A program made the position numbers and the translations under genes. This document shows, piece by piece, positions 37,232-45,233 of a stretch of DNA of 64,000 nt (position 1 is the stretch's first letter; each line of letters starts with the position of its first letter). The notes beneath the pieces are model-generated. The model worked only from the letters and a program-made list of their open reading frames with translations. It was not told the origin of the DNA and ran no database searches. The stretch comes from Limisphaerales bacterium (GTDB lineage: Bacteria > Verrucomicrobiota > Verrucomicrobiia > Limisphaerales > UBA11358), in NCBI GenBank assembly GCA_025362675.1, contig JANYFN010000106.1, forward strand, positions 9,352-73,351. Direction: 5' to 3'.

Positions 37232-37236
37232 GAAAA

Positions 37237-37770
37237 TCAATAAACTCTTGCAACTGGATCATAGGCCCAGCGAACAAATACCTTGCACGAATCATATTCT
37301 GAAACGGGATGACTCGGACGAAGTTTATACCTTACTGCAAGTTCGCCGTTGGCATGAATCACTCCTCTGCCAGTATAAGAACCTGCGTCAATCAAAGTTC
37401 CAGCCTGATTGTAAAAACGGAGATCCAACTGCGGGTCTTTCCAATCCAACTCGCATTTATTGGTAAGCACCACCACGACGTAGTTTGCCTGACCCACCTC
37501 GTCCGGCTGGCAATTCATGTGCGTCTCCACCACTGAAACGCAGCCGATATGCGGGGCATAACTTCGGCCAGCATTCATAAACTGCATCACCCAAAACGAA
37601 AACGAAGCGATAAACACGAGCGAAAGAATGCCGAACGAAGCTATTGTGACCGACGGGTTCCGCAGTGAAAAAAGCGAAAGCCAGTTCCGGCAGTGCGGAC
37701 AGATTTTTGCACCCGGCTTGGTTTCCTCGGCACAATATGGACACGGTTTGTTCATGATTTGATCAGTCAT
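37237..37770 (-). CDS. zinc-ribbon / single-TM / beta-rich C-domain protein, paralog B
   Basis: The internal ATG at 37770 gives MTDQIMNKPCPYCAEETKPGAKICPHCRNW (CxxC...CxxC), a TM helix (VTIASFGILSLVFIASFSFWV) and a ~110-aa C-domain. The start overlaps the paralog A stop by 8 nt. The upstream part of the track ORF is Arg/Ser-rich junk. Confidence 0.65.
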   Translation of the reverse strand: MTDQIMNKPCPYCAEETKPGAKICPHCRNWLSLFSLRNPSVTIASFGILSLVFIASFSFWVMQFMNAGRSYAPHIGCVSVVETHMNCQPDEVGQANYVVVVLTNKCELDWKDPQLDLRFYNQAGTLIDAGSYTGRGVIHANGELAVRYKLRPSHPVSEYDSCKVFVRWAYDPVARVY

Positions 37771-38296
37771 TGTTGAACCAGAGTCCCGGTTCTTTCGCGC
37801 TCGTGACCGTGGCTTTGACGCCGGAGTGCGGGGGGATTTTGTCGAGCGAGTATAAAGTGAGCTTGAACGAACCCTCGGTGTGTGAAGGCAGCACGCAATA
37901 TGCGTATCCTCCGTTTCCGACCTCGAATGTTTTTCCGCCCGAATCCAGAAAGCGGGCTTCAAACCCCATCAGTTGCCATTTGTATTCGCTTTCGTTGGTC
38001 ACAACACCTGAGACCACGACGTTGGTATGTTCAAGCGTTGACTCCACACCAAACTGCGTGCTTAACACTGTTAGCTTGTGACGTGCCGGAGAATACTGCC
38101 TGCTGAAGCCGAAATATCGAATAACACAAACCACTGAAACAACCAGCATCACCAAAGCAAGGAAAGCCAGCACGTCGTTTTCTGAAACAAAAAACCAGCG
38201 GTTCTGTGGGCGGCGGCAATACGGGCAGACTTTCGCCGCCACCTTGATGGTTTCGGCGCACAGCGGGCAGGTTTTGGTCTGTTCGGCTTCGGCCAT
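37763..38296 (-). CDS. zinc-ribbon / single-TM / beta-rich C-domain protein, paralog A
   Basis: It has KTCPLCAETIKVAAKVCPYCRRP, a TM helix (VLAFLALVMLVVSVVCVI) and a C-domain alignable to paralog B (NVVVSGVVTNESEYKW..ARFLDSGG against NYVVVVLTNKCELDWK..LRFYNQAG). Confidence 0.65.
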   Translation of the reverse strand: MAEAEQTKTCPLCAETIKVAAKVCPYCRRPQNRWFFVSENDVLAFLALVMLVVSVVCVIRYFGFSRQYSPARHKLTVLSTQFGVESTLEHTNVVVSGVVTNESEYKWQLMGFEARFLDSGGKTFEVGNGGYAYCVLPSHTEGSFKLTLYSLDKIPPHSGVKATVTSAKEPGLWFNND

Positions 38297-38302
38297 AAAA
38301 TT

Positions 38303-38548
38303 TCACACGCCGCACTCGCGTTTCCGCTGCGGGCGGCGCACGAGAAAATCAATCAGCGCGCCAATCCAGTGCGTGAGCGCGATGACGAGGATCCACACGA
38401 TCTTGTCGTTGCCCTGGCTCGGTTCCTTCGTCGCGCAGTCCACGAGCATCCAGATCCAGAACACGGTCAGCAAGAGGCCGATGATCCCCATGACAATGAA
38501 GAAGAGGATTGGCAGCAGCGCCAGCAGTGGGGTGGGGTCGGAGTGCAT
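38303..38548 (-). CDS. PLDc_N-type small two-TM membrane protein
   Basis: LLPILFFIVMGIIGLLLTVFWIWMLVDCATKEPSQGNDKIVWILVIALTHWIGALIDFLVRRP fits the phospholipase-D/cardiolipin-synthase N-terminal mini-domain pattern. The ATG at 38548 avoids overlap with the flotillin gene. Confidence 0.6.
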   Translation of the reverse strand: MHSDPTPLLALLPILFFIVMGIIGLLLTVFWIWMLVDCATKEPSQGNDKIVWILVIALTHWIGALIDFLVRRPQRKRECGV

Positions 38549-38552
38549 AATT

Positions 38553-40079
38553 TTATTTTGGTTCGCCAGATTCATCCTTGCCCATCGCTTTCTTCAGCGA
38601 GGGAACTTGTTCCAACAATTTTTCAAACTTCACGCCGGTCAGACTTTCGATGATGGGCGGAAGCTGGCTGATGATCTGCGTCACGTCGCCGGTGAGCTTG
38701 CTCGCGCCGCCGCCGGGACCGTTACCGGAATTGATGATGACCATCTTCTCCATCTTGGACAGCGGCTCGCTGACTCTGGCCGCGACTTCGGGAAGGATGC
38801 GCACGATCATTTCGATGACGGCGGCTTCGTTGTAATTCTTAAAGGAATCCGCCTTGGCCTGCATCGCGGAAGCCGTCGCCTTGCCTTGCGCTTCGATGAC
38901 TGACGCCTCAGCTAATCCGCGGGCCTTGTTGGCTTCGGCCTCGGCGATACCGGTGGCCTTGGCCACGTCGGCGGACGCAAAACCTTTGGCCTTCGCGGCG
39001 GAAGCGGCACCGGCGGCTTCGGTCTCAAGTTGAAATTTCGTGGCGGCTGCCAGCGTCTCGACGCGATAACGCTCGGCGTCGGCGGGCTTCTGCACGTTCG
39101 CTTCGAGTTCGCGTTGCTTGCGCAGAATTTCCTGTTGTTGCAGCTCGATCTGCTTCTGCTTCTCAATGATCTGCACCTGCACTTCTTCCGCCTTCACGAG
39201 CTGGCCGGTCTTGAAGCGTTGCAAATCATAGGCGAGATCGGACTCGGCCTTTTTCTGGTTCACGATTGCTTGATACTGCGCGACGTTGCTCTGGTAATCA
39301 CGTTGCGCCTCGGCAATTTTGGAGTCAGCGGCGAACTTCGCCTCCTGCCCGGCTTGCGTGGCTTGAGACGATTTGATCATCGCGTCGCGGTCGGCTTCGG
39401 CTTGCGCGATCTGCGCGTCGCGTTTGACCTGGGCGATGCGCGGCTTGCCGAGCGCATCAAGATAGCCTTGCGTATCGCGGATATCGCGGATGGTGAAGCT
39501 GACAATACCAAGCCCCATGTTCGCCATGTCACCGGCGGCAACTTCCTGCACCTTGGACGCAAAGGCATCGCGGTTCTGGTAAATTTCCTCAACGGTCATC
39601 GTGCCAAGAATCGCGCGCAAATGGCCTTCGAGCGTCTGCGTGGCGATGTTACGAATCTCGTCCTGGGCCTTGCCGAGGAACTGCTCCGCCGAGGTGCGAA
39701 TCGAAATGTCGTCGCCCTTCACCTTGATCTGCGCCACGCCGTCCACTTTTACCGGCACACCTTTGCTCGTGTAAACTTCTGGCGTCTGCACATCAATTGT
39801 CAGCAGCTCCAGCGACAGCAAATCCACCTTCTCGAAAATCGGCATGACGAACGTGCCGCCGCCTTTCACGATGCGGAAACCAACTGTGGTGCCGTCTTCC
39901 AGCTTATGTTTCTTGCCGGAGACGATCAGCACCTGGTTGGGGCCGACCTTGGTGTAACGGCTAAAGATCATGTAAAGCAGGAGGAACACGACGACGACGA
40001 TGACGATCGCCGCGATGATGCTGATGCTGCCTTGAATGAGGTTTAGTTCAGCGAGCAGAGGAACGAGTTGGAGTTGCAT
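38553..40079 (-). CDS. flotillin-like SPFH/band-7 protein (YqiK/FloT type)
   Basis: It has an N-terminal membrane hairpin, an SPFH domain (VGFRIVKGGGTFVMPIFEKVDLLSLE...) and a long Ala/Glu/Gln-rich coiled-coil flotillin repeat region. Confidence 0.9.
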   Translation of the reverse strand: MQLQLVPLLAELNLIQGSISIIAAIVIVVVVFLLLYMIFSRYTKVGPNQVLIVSGKKHKLEDGTTVGFRIVKGGGTFVMPIFEKVDLLSLELLTIDVQTPEVYTSKGVPVKVDGVAQIKVKGDDISIRTSAEQFLGKAQDEIRNIATQTLEGHLRAILGTMTVEEIYQNRDAFASKVQEVAAGDMANMGLGIVSFTIRDIRDTQGYLDALGKPRIAQVKRDAQIAQAEADRDAMIKSSQATQAGQEAKFAADSKIAEAQRDYQSNVAQYQAIVNQKKAESDLAYDLQRFKTGQLVKAEEVQVQIIEKQKQIELQQQEILRKQRELEANVQKPADAERYRVETLAAATKFQLETEAAGAASAAKAKGFASADVAKATGIAEAEANKARGLAEASVIEAQGKATASAMQAKADSFKNYNEAAVIEMIVRILPEVAARVSEPLSKMEKMVIINSGNGPGGGASKLTGDVTQIISQLPPIIESLTGVKFEKLLEQVPSLKKAMGKDESGEPK

Positions 40080-40109
40080 AATAATTATTGGTTAGTGAAA
40101 TCCGAACGG

Positions 40110-40661
40110 TCAAAGGGAGGTGACATAAAATTGCGTGCCGACCACGCGAGTGATCTTGACGAGTTTCCCACTGGCAATCGCCGAGCCGTCCTCCGTGCGC
40201 GCCGGCGCCGTGTAGCGTGAACCGCTGACAACATAGGCGATTTCGCCGACGCCGTTTGCGGGAATGGGCGACGCCACACTCGCCTCAGTGCCAGCCAGCC
40301 GGGCGATGTGGGATTCGCTGGAGCTTTGCGTGTGACGGAACACCGAGCGCAGAAAAACGAAAAGCACGCCGGCGATGGCTAGCGCACAAAACATGGATAG
40401 CGGCGCGCTGACGATGACTTTTTTAGTTGCGGGAAACTCCGTGAAAATCAAACCGAACCCGCCAAACGCCGTGATGAAGGAAGCGATGATGGTGGGACTG
40501 AAAATGGAGATGCCCGGCATATCGCTGCTATCGGCCCCCGCCTCGGCATGCCCGCCGCTGCCGCCGACATGATCCGAATGTCCGCCAAAAAAATGTCCCG
40601 CCACCACGCTCACCAGAGTGAACACCACGCCCACCACGAGACAAATTAAATATATCATCAT
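40110..40661 (-). CDS. NfeD/YqiJ-like membrane protein
   Basis: It has N-terminal TM helices with a His/Gly-rich loop and a C-terminal NfeD OB-fold motif (GVGEIAYVVSGSRYTAPARTEDG...GKLVKITRVVGTQFYV). It sits directly upstream of the flotillin gene, as in yqiJK-type pairs. Confidence 0.75.
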   Translation of the reverse strand: MMIYLICLVVGVVFTLVSVVAGHFFGGHSDHVGGSGGHAEAGADSSDMPGISIFSPTIIASFITAFGGFGLIFTEFPATKKVIVSAPLSMFCALAIAGVLFVFLRSVFRHTQSSSESHIARLAGTEASVASPIPANGVGEIAYVVSGSRYTAPARTEDGSAIASGKLVKITRVVGTQFYVTSL

Positions 40662-40820
40662 AAGCCAGCTCCTTCTTATTTGGTTAATAGCATTAGAACA
40701 CCAAGCTCACAGAAAGTGCAAGCTGGAATGGATACTGTTTTCGCAACGACAAAAATTCTGGCCCTATTCAAACCGAGGGCGGCGGCGGTCGCTTGAATAA
40801 TTTTGAGGAAAAATTGGAAT

Positions 40821-40843
40821 CGCGGTGTTCTAAAATCACCGCG
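40821..40843 (-). terminator. possible terminator downstream of the 40899 gene
   Basis: A 7-bp stem pairs cgcggtg with caccgcg around a 9-nt loop. On the minus strand it is followed by attccaattttt. Confidence 0.35.
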
Positions 40844-40898
40844 CAACCCGTCTTTCTTAAACACGGACTAGTCGCACTCGCAGCGAATCAAAGGTAAT

Positions 40899-42482
40899 TT
40901 ACGGCAACGTGTGACCGGGAATGCTGCACTTCGGCGATTCGCTGAGGGGACCAAGAGTGTAGCTGCCACCTTGCGGACACTTGGGCAATTCGCCATTCAT
41001 CAACTTGATGTAAGGTTTGATGTCGTCTTCGGTGGGAACGTCCTCCGCTTTTTTATTTTTTTCGAGCGCCCACTGATTTTTGGCGGCATCCATTTGGCGA
41101 AGATTATTGATACACGCATTCATCTGTGACGTGCTGCGAGCTTTGACGAAATTGGGGATCGCGACCGCAGCCAAAACACCGGGCACGACGGCCACCGGCA
41201 ATAGCATCAGCGCCGCAGCGCTTTGATTACCGTTACCAATTGTGAGGCTGCCATCGGGTGTATTCATCCCGACGGAATAAGAAAACGAAGCGCGATCGGC
41301 GCGGAAAAAAGATTCAAGCCACGCGGCCTGCGCTGCGGAAGTCGTATTGCCATTCGCGCCGGCGAGGGTTTGTTTTTGGATCTTCATCATGGTTTGACCA
41401 AACTTGGCGCTGATGAACGAAAATTGATTTCCCTGCGCCGGTAGTCCTTGGGCGAGCTGCTTAAATTCGGCGGTGCTTTTTAGTCCCGGCTGGTCGCCAG
41501 CTTTTACCGCGAGCGATTGATTGACCAACTCGTCCGCAGAGCTGATGAACAGATAGCCACCGCTGCTCGCCGCCGTGGGACGCAAATTAATCGCGAATGG
41601 TAATGGCACCGGCAGCGTGCGCATTTTCAATCCCGTTTTGTCAACATTCACCACCTGCTGATTCTTTTTTAATTCCTCGGCAATCCGATTGAACACGGTG
41701 TCGTCGGTCACGCGGACGGCAATTAAAATCCCCGGCTCCGGAATCATAATCGCCCCTTGCGGCAAGGGAATCGGGATGTTGTTAGACTCATTGAGAGTGA
41801 TGGCGATGCCAAATTCCCCGCCGAGCGAATGTAAGAAAGTGTCCCAATTGAGCTTCGTGCTTTTCTCGAATTCAGTGGGTAGTTGTTTGAGAAAATCGTT
41901 TGCCTGCGGAAACCCTGATTTAGCAGCCTCCGCTCGGGCGGTTTCCCACATCAACGGCAAATCCATGTCCGCAAAAATGGCGAATGCGGTATTCGCTGGC
42001 AACAGGTCCAAGCCGGTGAGCGGATGTGGTGCGCCGCCGCCGAATTTCCAGAGGAAGCCGCCGTCTTTGCCGGGGAAGTGATGCAACAGAAATTTATTCC
42101 GATACATTCCCTTTTCAATTTCCACCGAACTGATGCCCACACCGCTGACAGTTTCGATGCCGCTGTCGGTGATGAGATGGCCAACGAGATCGAAGGCTTT
42201 GTTAATATTTTCAACATCCTCCGGCTTGGCGTCGGGAAATGAAGTGAAGGTCTTACGCCAGGTCTCCACTTTGGCGGAGAGTTGTTCCAGCCATTGCGCG
42301 GTGCCGAGGTAGAGATAAAAATTTCCGCCGGGATCAAGCTGGGCCGTGACTTCATTGAAACTGGTTTTGCTCACGGAGGTGAGGACCGCCGGCGCTGGCA
42401 CCGGTTGCGCCAGACACACCGCAGTCAGTCCAATGATGAGAGTGACGGTGAGGGCGATAGAATTTCGAAGATTTTTTTTCAT
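40899..42482 (-). CDS. secreted/membrane protein with internal pilin-like hydrophobic helix and C-terminal pseudopilin-like module
   Basis: The ATG at 42482 gives MKKNLRNSIALTVTLIIGLTAVCLA, a signal peptide. About 430 aa of unknown domain follow. Then comes LMLLPVAVVPGVLAAVAIPNFVKARSTSQMNACINNLRQMDAAKNQWALE, the conserved core of PVC prepilin-like proteins. Confidence 0.65.
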   Translation of the reverse strand: MKKNLRNSIALTVTLIIGLTAVCLAQPVPAPAVLTSVSKTSFNEVTAQLDPGGNFYLYLGTAQWLEQLSAKVETWRKTFTSFPDAKPEDVENINKAFDLVGHLITDSGIETVSGVGISSVEIEKGMYRNKFLLHHFPGKDGGFLWKFGGGAPHPLTGLDLLPANTAFAIFADMDLPLMWETARAEAAKSGFPQANDFLKQLPTEFEKSTKLNWDTFLHSLGGEFGIAITLNESNNIPIPLPQGAIMIPEPGILIAVRVTDDTVFNRIAEELKKNQQVVNVDKTGLKMRTLPVPLPFAINLRPTAASSGGYLFISSADELVNQSLAVKAGDQPGLKSTAEFKQLAQGLPAQGNQFSFISAKFGQTMMKIQKQTLAGANGNTTSAAQAAWLESFFRADRASFSYSVGMNTPDGSLTIGNGNQSAAALMLLPVAVVPGVLAAVAIPNFVKARSTSQMNACINNLRQMDAAKNQWALEKNKKAEDVPTEDDIKPYIKLMNGELPKCPQGGSYTLGPLSESPKCSIPGHTLP

Positions 42483-42618
42483 AGATGATGTTCCCGTAAA
42501 TTCCACTGGCTAGTGCCATGAGAAAACCAGTTTCCCGATAAAGGTAAAGCGAATTCGAGTTTATGAACGATGCGGTTCTGGATCGGAATAACAGTTGAAA
42601 TAAAAAGGCGACGGCGTA

Positions 42619-43272
42619 ATGATGCGAGTCATGAAGTCCAAACCTCGCGGATTTACCCTCGTCATGCTGCTGGTGGTCATTGCCGTGGTCGCCATCCTCG
42701 CCGCGGTCTTGCTGCCGGCACTGGCCTCGGCCAAGAAAAAAGCACAGGGCATAAGTTGCATCAATAACTTAAAACAATCCGGCCTCGCTTTTAAAATATG
42801 GGCGGGCGACAACGAGGATAAGTATCCGATGGAAGTTTCAACCAGTAAACACGGCACTGCGGAATTCAATACTGGGGCAACTACCTTCCGTCATTTTCAA
42901 GTCATGTCGAATGAATTGAGCACGCCCAAAATTTTGATTTGTCCGAACGACTCGCGAATAGCTGCCGATAATTTCGCCCGGTTGAAAAATAAAAATCTTA
43001 GCTATTTTGTCGGCTTGGATGCGAATGACTCCGATCCACAACGGTTTTTGGACGGCGACCGAAATATAACCAGCGAGTCTGAGCCGGAGAACGGAATTTT
43101 GAAACTGACGCCCGGCGGGCCGGTGAGTTGGACAAGTGCGATCCACGTCAACATAGGTAACCTTGGCCTCGCCGATGGCAGCGTGCAGCAATTGTCAAAC
43201 ACGGCTTTGAAAAATACGCTCAAACAATCGGGCGACGCAACGAACACTTGGCGGATTTCGTTGCCGGAATAA
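42619..43272 (+). CDS. prepilin-type N-terminal domain protein with H-X9-DG C-terminal motif
   Basis: The N-terminus is [46 protein letters not shown]. The C-terminal motif is [12 protein letters not shown] (H-x9-DG). Confidence 0.8.
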   Translation: MMRVMKSKPRGFTLVMLLVVIAVVAILAAVLLPALASAKKKAQGISCINNLKQSGLAFKIWAGDNEDKYPMEVSTSKHGTAEFNTGATTFRHFQVMSNELSTPKILICPNDSRIAADNFARLKNKNLSYFVGLDANDSDPQRFLDGDRNITSESEPENGILKLTPGGPVSWTSAIHVNIGNLGLADGSVQQLSNTALKNTLKQSGDATNTWRISLPE

Positions 43273-43391
43273 GTCGGCATTGCAGAGAAAAAATTCGTCC
43301 ACCGTCCCCGCGACTCGCTGGCGCGACCGTTAGCGTTTAGCGCTATTTTTGAAACTTTCTTCCGCCTGCACTTTTCGCTAACATTCATCGG

Positions 43392-44195
43392 TTGAACAAA
43401 CTAGCCGAACCAACATTTGTGTGGGAGCCGGTCACGCCGCGGGGTGTGGCTGTCTTCGCGCGAGCGTCGCTGCAACGGCTATTGATCGTGCAAGCCATCG
43501 TCGCCGCGCTCGCCACGGCCGCCGTCATCTGGTTGGTGGTGGACGGCATTTTTCCGACCATCGAATCAGCGATTGATCGGCTTCCCGAAACCGGCGAGCT
43601 GCGGGCGGCGAAACTGAACTGGCACGGCGATGATCCGGTTCTGTTGGCCGAGGGGAAAATTCTCGCGCTGTCCGTGGACGAAGAACACGGGGGCGCGTTA
43701 CGCTCACCCGCTGATTTTCAATTCGAGTTTGGCAAAAAATCCGTCCGCGCCTTCTCACTCTTTGGTGAGACAGACACATCTTATTCACCTGACTACATCA
43801 TCGCCTTCAACCGTCCGGACGCGCGGCCGGCTTGGGGTGCGTGGTCGCCAGAAATCCTCGGCGTGATCGCGTTTGGAACCTTTGCCGGTCTGCTGCTAGC
43901 GTGGACCGCACTCGCCACGCTCTATTTTCTACCTGTCTGGCTGATCTGTTTTTTTACCAACCGCGACCTCGGTTTCGGCGCCAGTTGGAAGCTCGCCGGG
44001 GCGTCCCTCATGCCCGGAGCGCTGCTGCTCTCGTTATTTCTCGTCGCCTACGATTTTGGCTGGTGCGATCTGGTGCAACTTTGCTTCGCATTCGGGATGC
44101 ACTTGATCACGGGCTGGATCTATTTATTCATCAGCCCCCTCTTTTTGAACCGCGCTTTACCAGGTGATAAAAAAAATCCCTTTCAACCTAAATGA
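43392..44195 (+). CDS. hypothetical polytopic membrane protein
   Basis: It has a TTG start and several hydrophobic helices (LLIVQAIVAALATAAVIWLVV, VIAFGTFAGLLLAWTALATLYFLPVWLICFF). I recognise no family. Confidence 0.45.
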   Translation: MNKLAEPTFVWEPVTPRGVAVFARASLQRLLIVQAIVAALATAAVIWLVVDGIFPTIESAIDRLPETGELRAAKLNWHGDDPVLLAEGKILALSVDEEHGGALRSPADFQFEFGKKSVRAFSLFGETDTSYSPDYIIAFNRPDARPAWGAWSPEILGVIAFGTFAGLLLAWTALATLYFLPVWLICFFTNRDLGFGASWKLAGASLMPGALLLSLFLVAYDFGWCDLVQLCFAFGMHLITGWIYLFISPLFLNRALPGDKKNPFQPK

Positions 44196-44275
44196 TTGTC
44201 CATAAAACTAACGACGCGATTTACGTTGCCAGAATTGTCACCCGGATTTAACTTGTCGTTGAAATTTATTCTACT

Positions 44276-44497
44276 ATGTCGAACGCTGCAAAAGAACCCT
44301 CATCGTCGGCGAACGATCTGTTGAAAAACTCCACTCTCTACCGCGAATTTCAAGCGGAGCGCGAAGAAATTCTCCGGCATAAATGGATCGAATCTGAGAA
44401 AGCCGGACGCGACGTTGGATTTGAACAGGCGCTCACTGATTGGATCATTAAACACCGTGCCAGTTGGCGACGCGCCCGGCAGAATTCCAGCAACTAG
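44276..44497 (+). CDS. small conserved hypothetical protein
   Basis: The 73-aa product contains EILRHKWIESEKAGRDVGFEQALTDWIIKHRASW, a motif I recall from small proteins in several phyla. I cannot name the family. Confidence 0.45.
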   Translation: MSNAAKEPSSSANDLLKNSTLYREFQAEREEILRHKWIESEKAGRDVGFEQALTDWIIKHRASWRRARQNSSN

Positions 44498-44500
44498 CTA

Positions 44501-44604
44501 AATCGCTTCCTTTAACGCCGCCCTGCGAGGTGGCCAAGGAAAAATGAAAACGCAACCAATCACGCGAATCAGCTCCGCCCAGCGGAAGCGATTCGCGATT
44601 TTTT
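44501..44604 (+). promoter_or_regulatory. candidate PyrR-dependent transcription attenuator in the pyrR leader
   Basis: The terminator pairs gcgaatcagctccgc with gcggaagcgattcgc (44564..44596), followed by T6 ending at the pyrR ATG. The upstream aatcgcttcc (44501..44510) is complementary to the 3' arm ggaagcgatt, giving an alternative antiterminator. A hairpin gccgc-ccugcgag-guggc carries a loop resembling the PyrR box UCCAGAGAGG. Confidence 0.45.
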
Positions 44605-45144
44605 ATGCCTGACGCCACCATCGTCCTCGACACCCGCGCGATCCAACGGGCGCTCACCCGCATCGCGCACGAGATCGCTGAGCGTAACTTGGCCAGCACC
44701 GAAGTCGCGCTCATCGGCATCCCCGCTGGCGGCGATCATCTGGCCACGCGCCTGGGGAAAATCCTCGCCGAAATCTGGCATCATCCCGTGCCGGTTGGGG
44801 CGCTCGACGTCGCCATGCACCGTGATGATCTTGATCAACGCACCGCACCGACAATTTATCCCACGGACATCCCGTTCGATGTGAACGGCAAAACGGTGGT
44901 GCTCGTGGACGATGTCTTGTTCAGCGGCCGCACAACTCGCGCCGCGATGGACGCGTTGACAGATTTCGGTCGGCCGAAAAAAATTCAGCTGGCCGTGTTG
45001 ATTGACCGCGGGCACCGTGAATTACCCATCAAAGCAGACTTTGTCGGCAAAAATGTGCCCACAGCGCTGGATGAAAAAATCTCCCTGCTACTCACTGAAT
45101 CCGGCGCGGCGCAGGACGAAGTTTTGCTGAAGAAAAAACTTTAG
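44605..45144 (+). CDS. pyrR: bifunctional pyr operon regulator / uracil phosphoribosyltransferase
   Basis: Matching motifs are ALTRIAHEIAERN...ALIGIPAGGDHLA...VVLVDDVLFSGRTTRAAMDAL, the PRPP-binding motif. Confidence 0.9.
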   Translation: MPDATIVLDTRAIQRALTRIAHEIAERNLASTEVALIGIPAGGDHLATRLGKILAEIWHHPVPVGALDVAMHRDDLDQRTAPTIYPTDIPFDVNGKTVVLVDDVLFSGRTTRAAMDALTDFGRPKKIQLAVLIDRGHRELPIKADFVGKNVPTALDEKISLLLTESGAAQDEVLLKKKL

Positions 45145-45225
45145 ACAGAATTAACAGAGTGGACCGCATTATTTTAGCAGGCGCAAAAGCCAAGAATTGA
45201 TTCTGATAATTTTGTGAATTCTGTC
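45144..45225. repeat. 82-bp inverted-repeat element (family D/E) in the pyrR-pyrB spacer
   Basis: gacagaattaaca at 45144..45156 matches the reverse complement of tgtgaattctgtc at 45213..45225 at 12/13 positions. The arm sequence resembles the element at 54226..54318. Confidence 0.6.
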
Positions 45226-45233
45226 AAAAAAAC

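Noticed and set aside
39030-40046. A 338-aa plus-strand ORF.
   Set aside because: It is antisense to the flotillin gene. Its low-complexity Leu/Arg/Gly repeats mirror the Ala/Glu/Gln coiled-coil codons.
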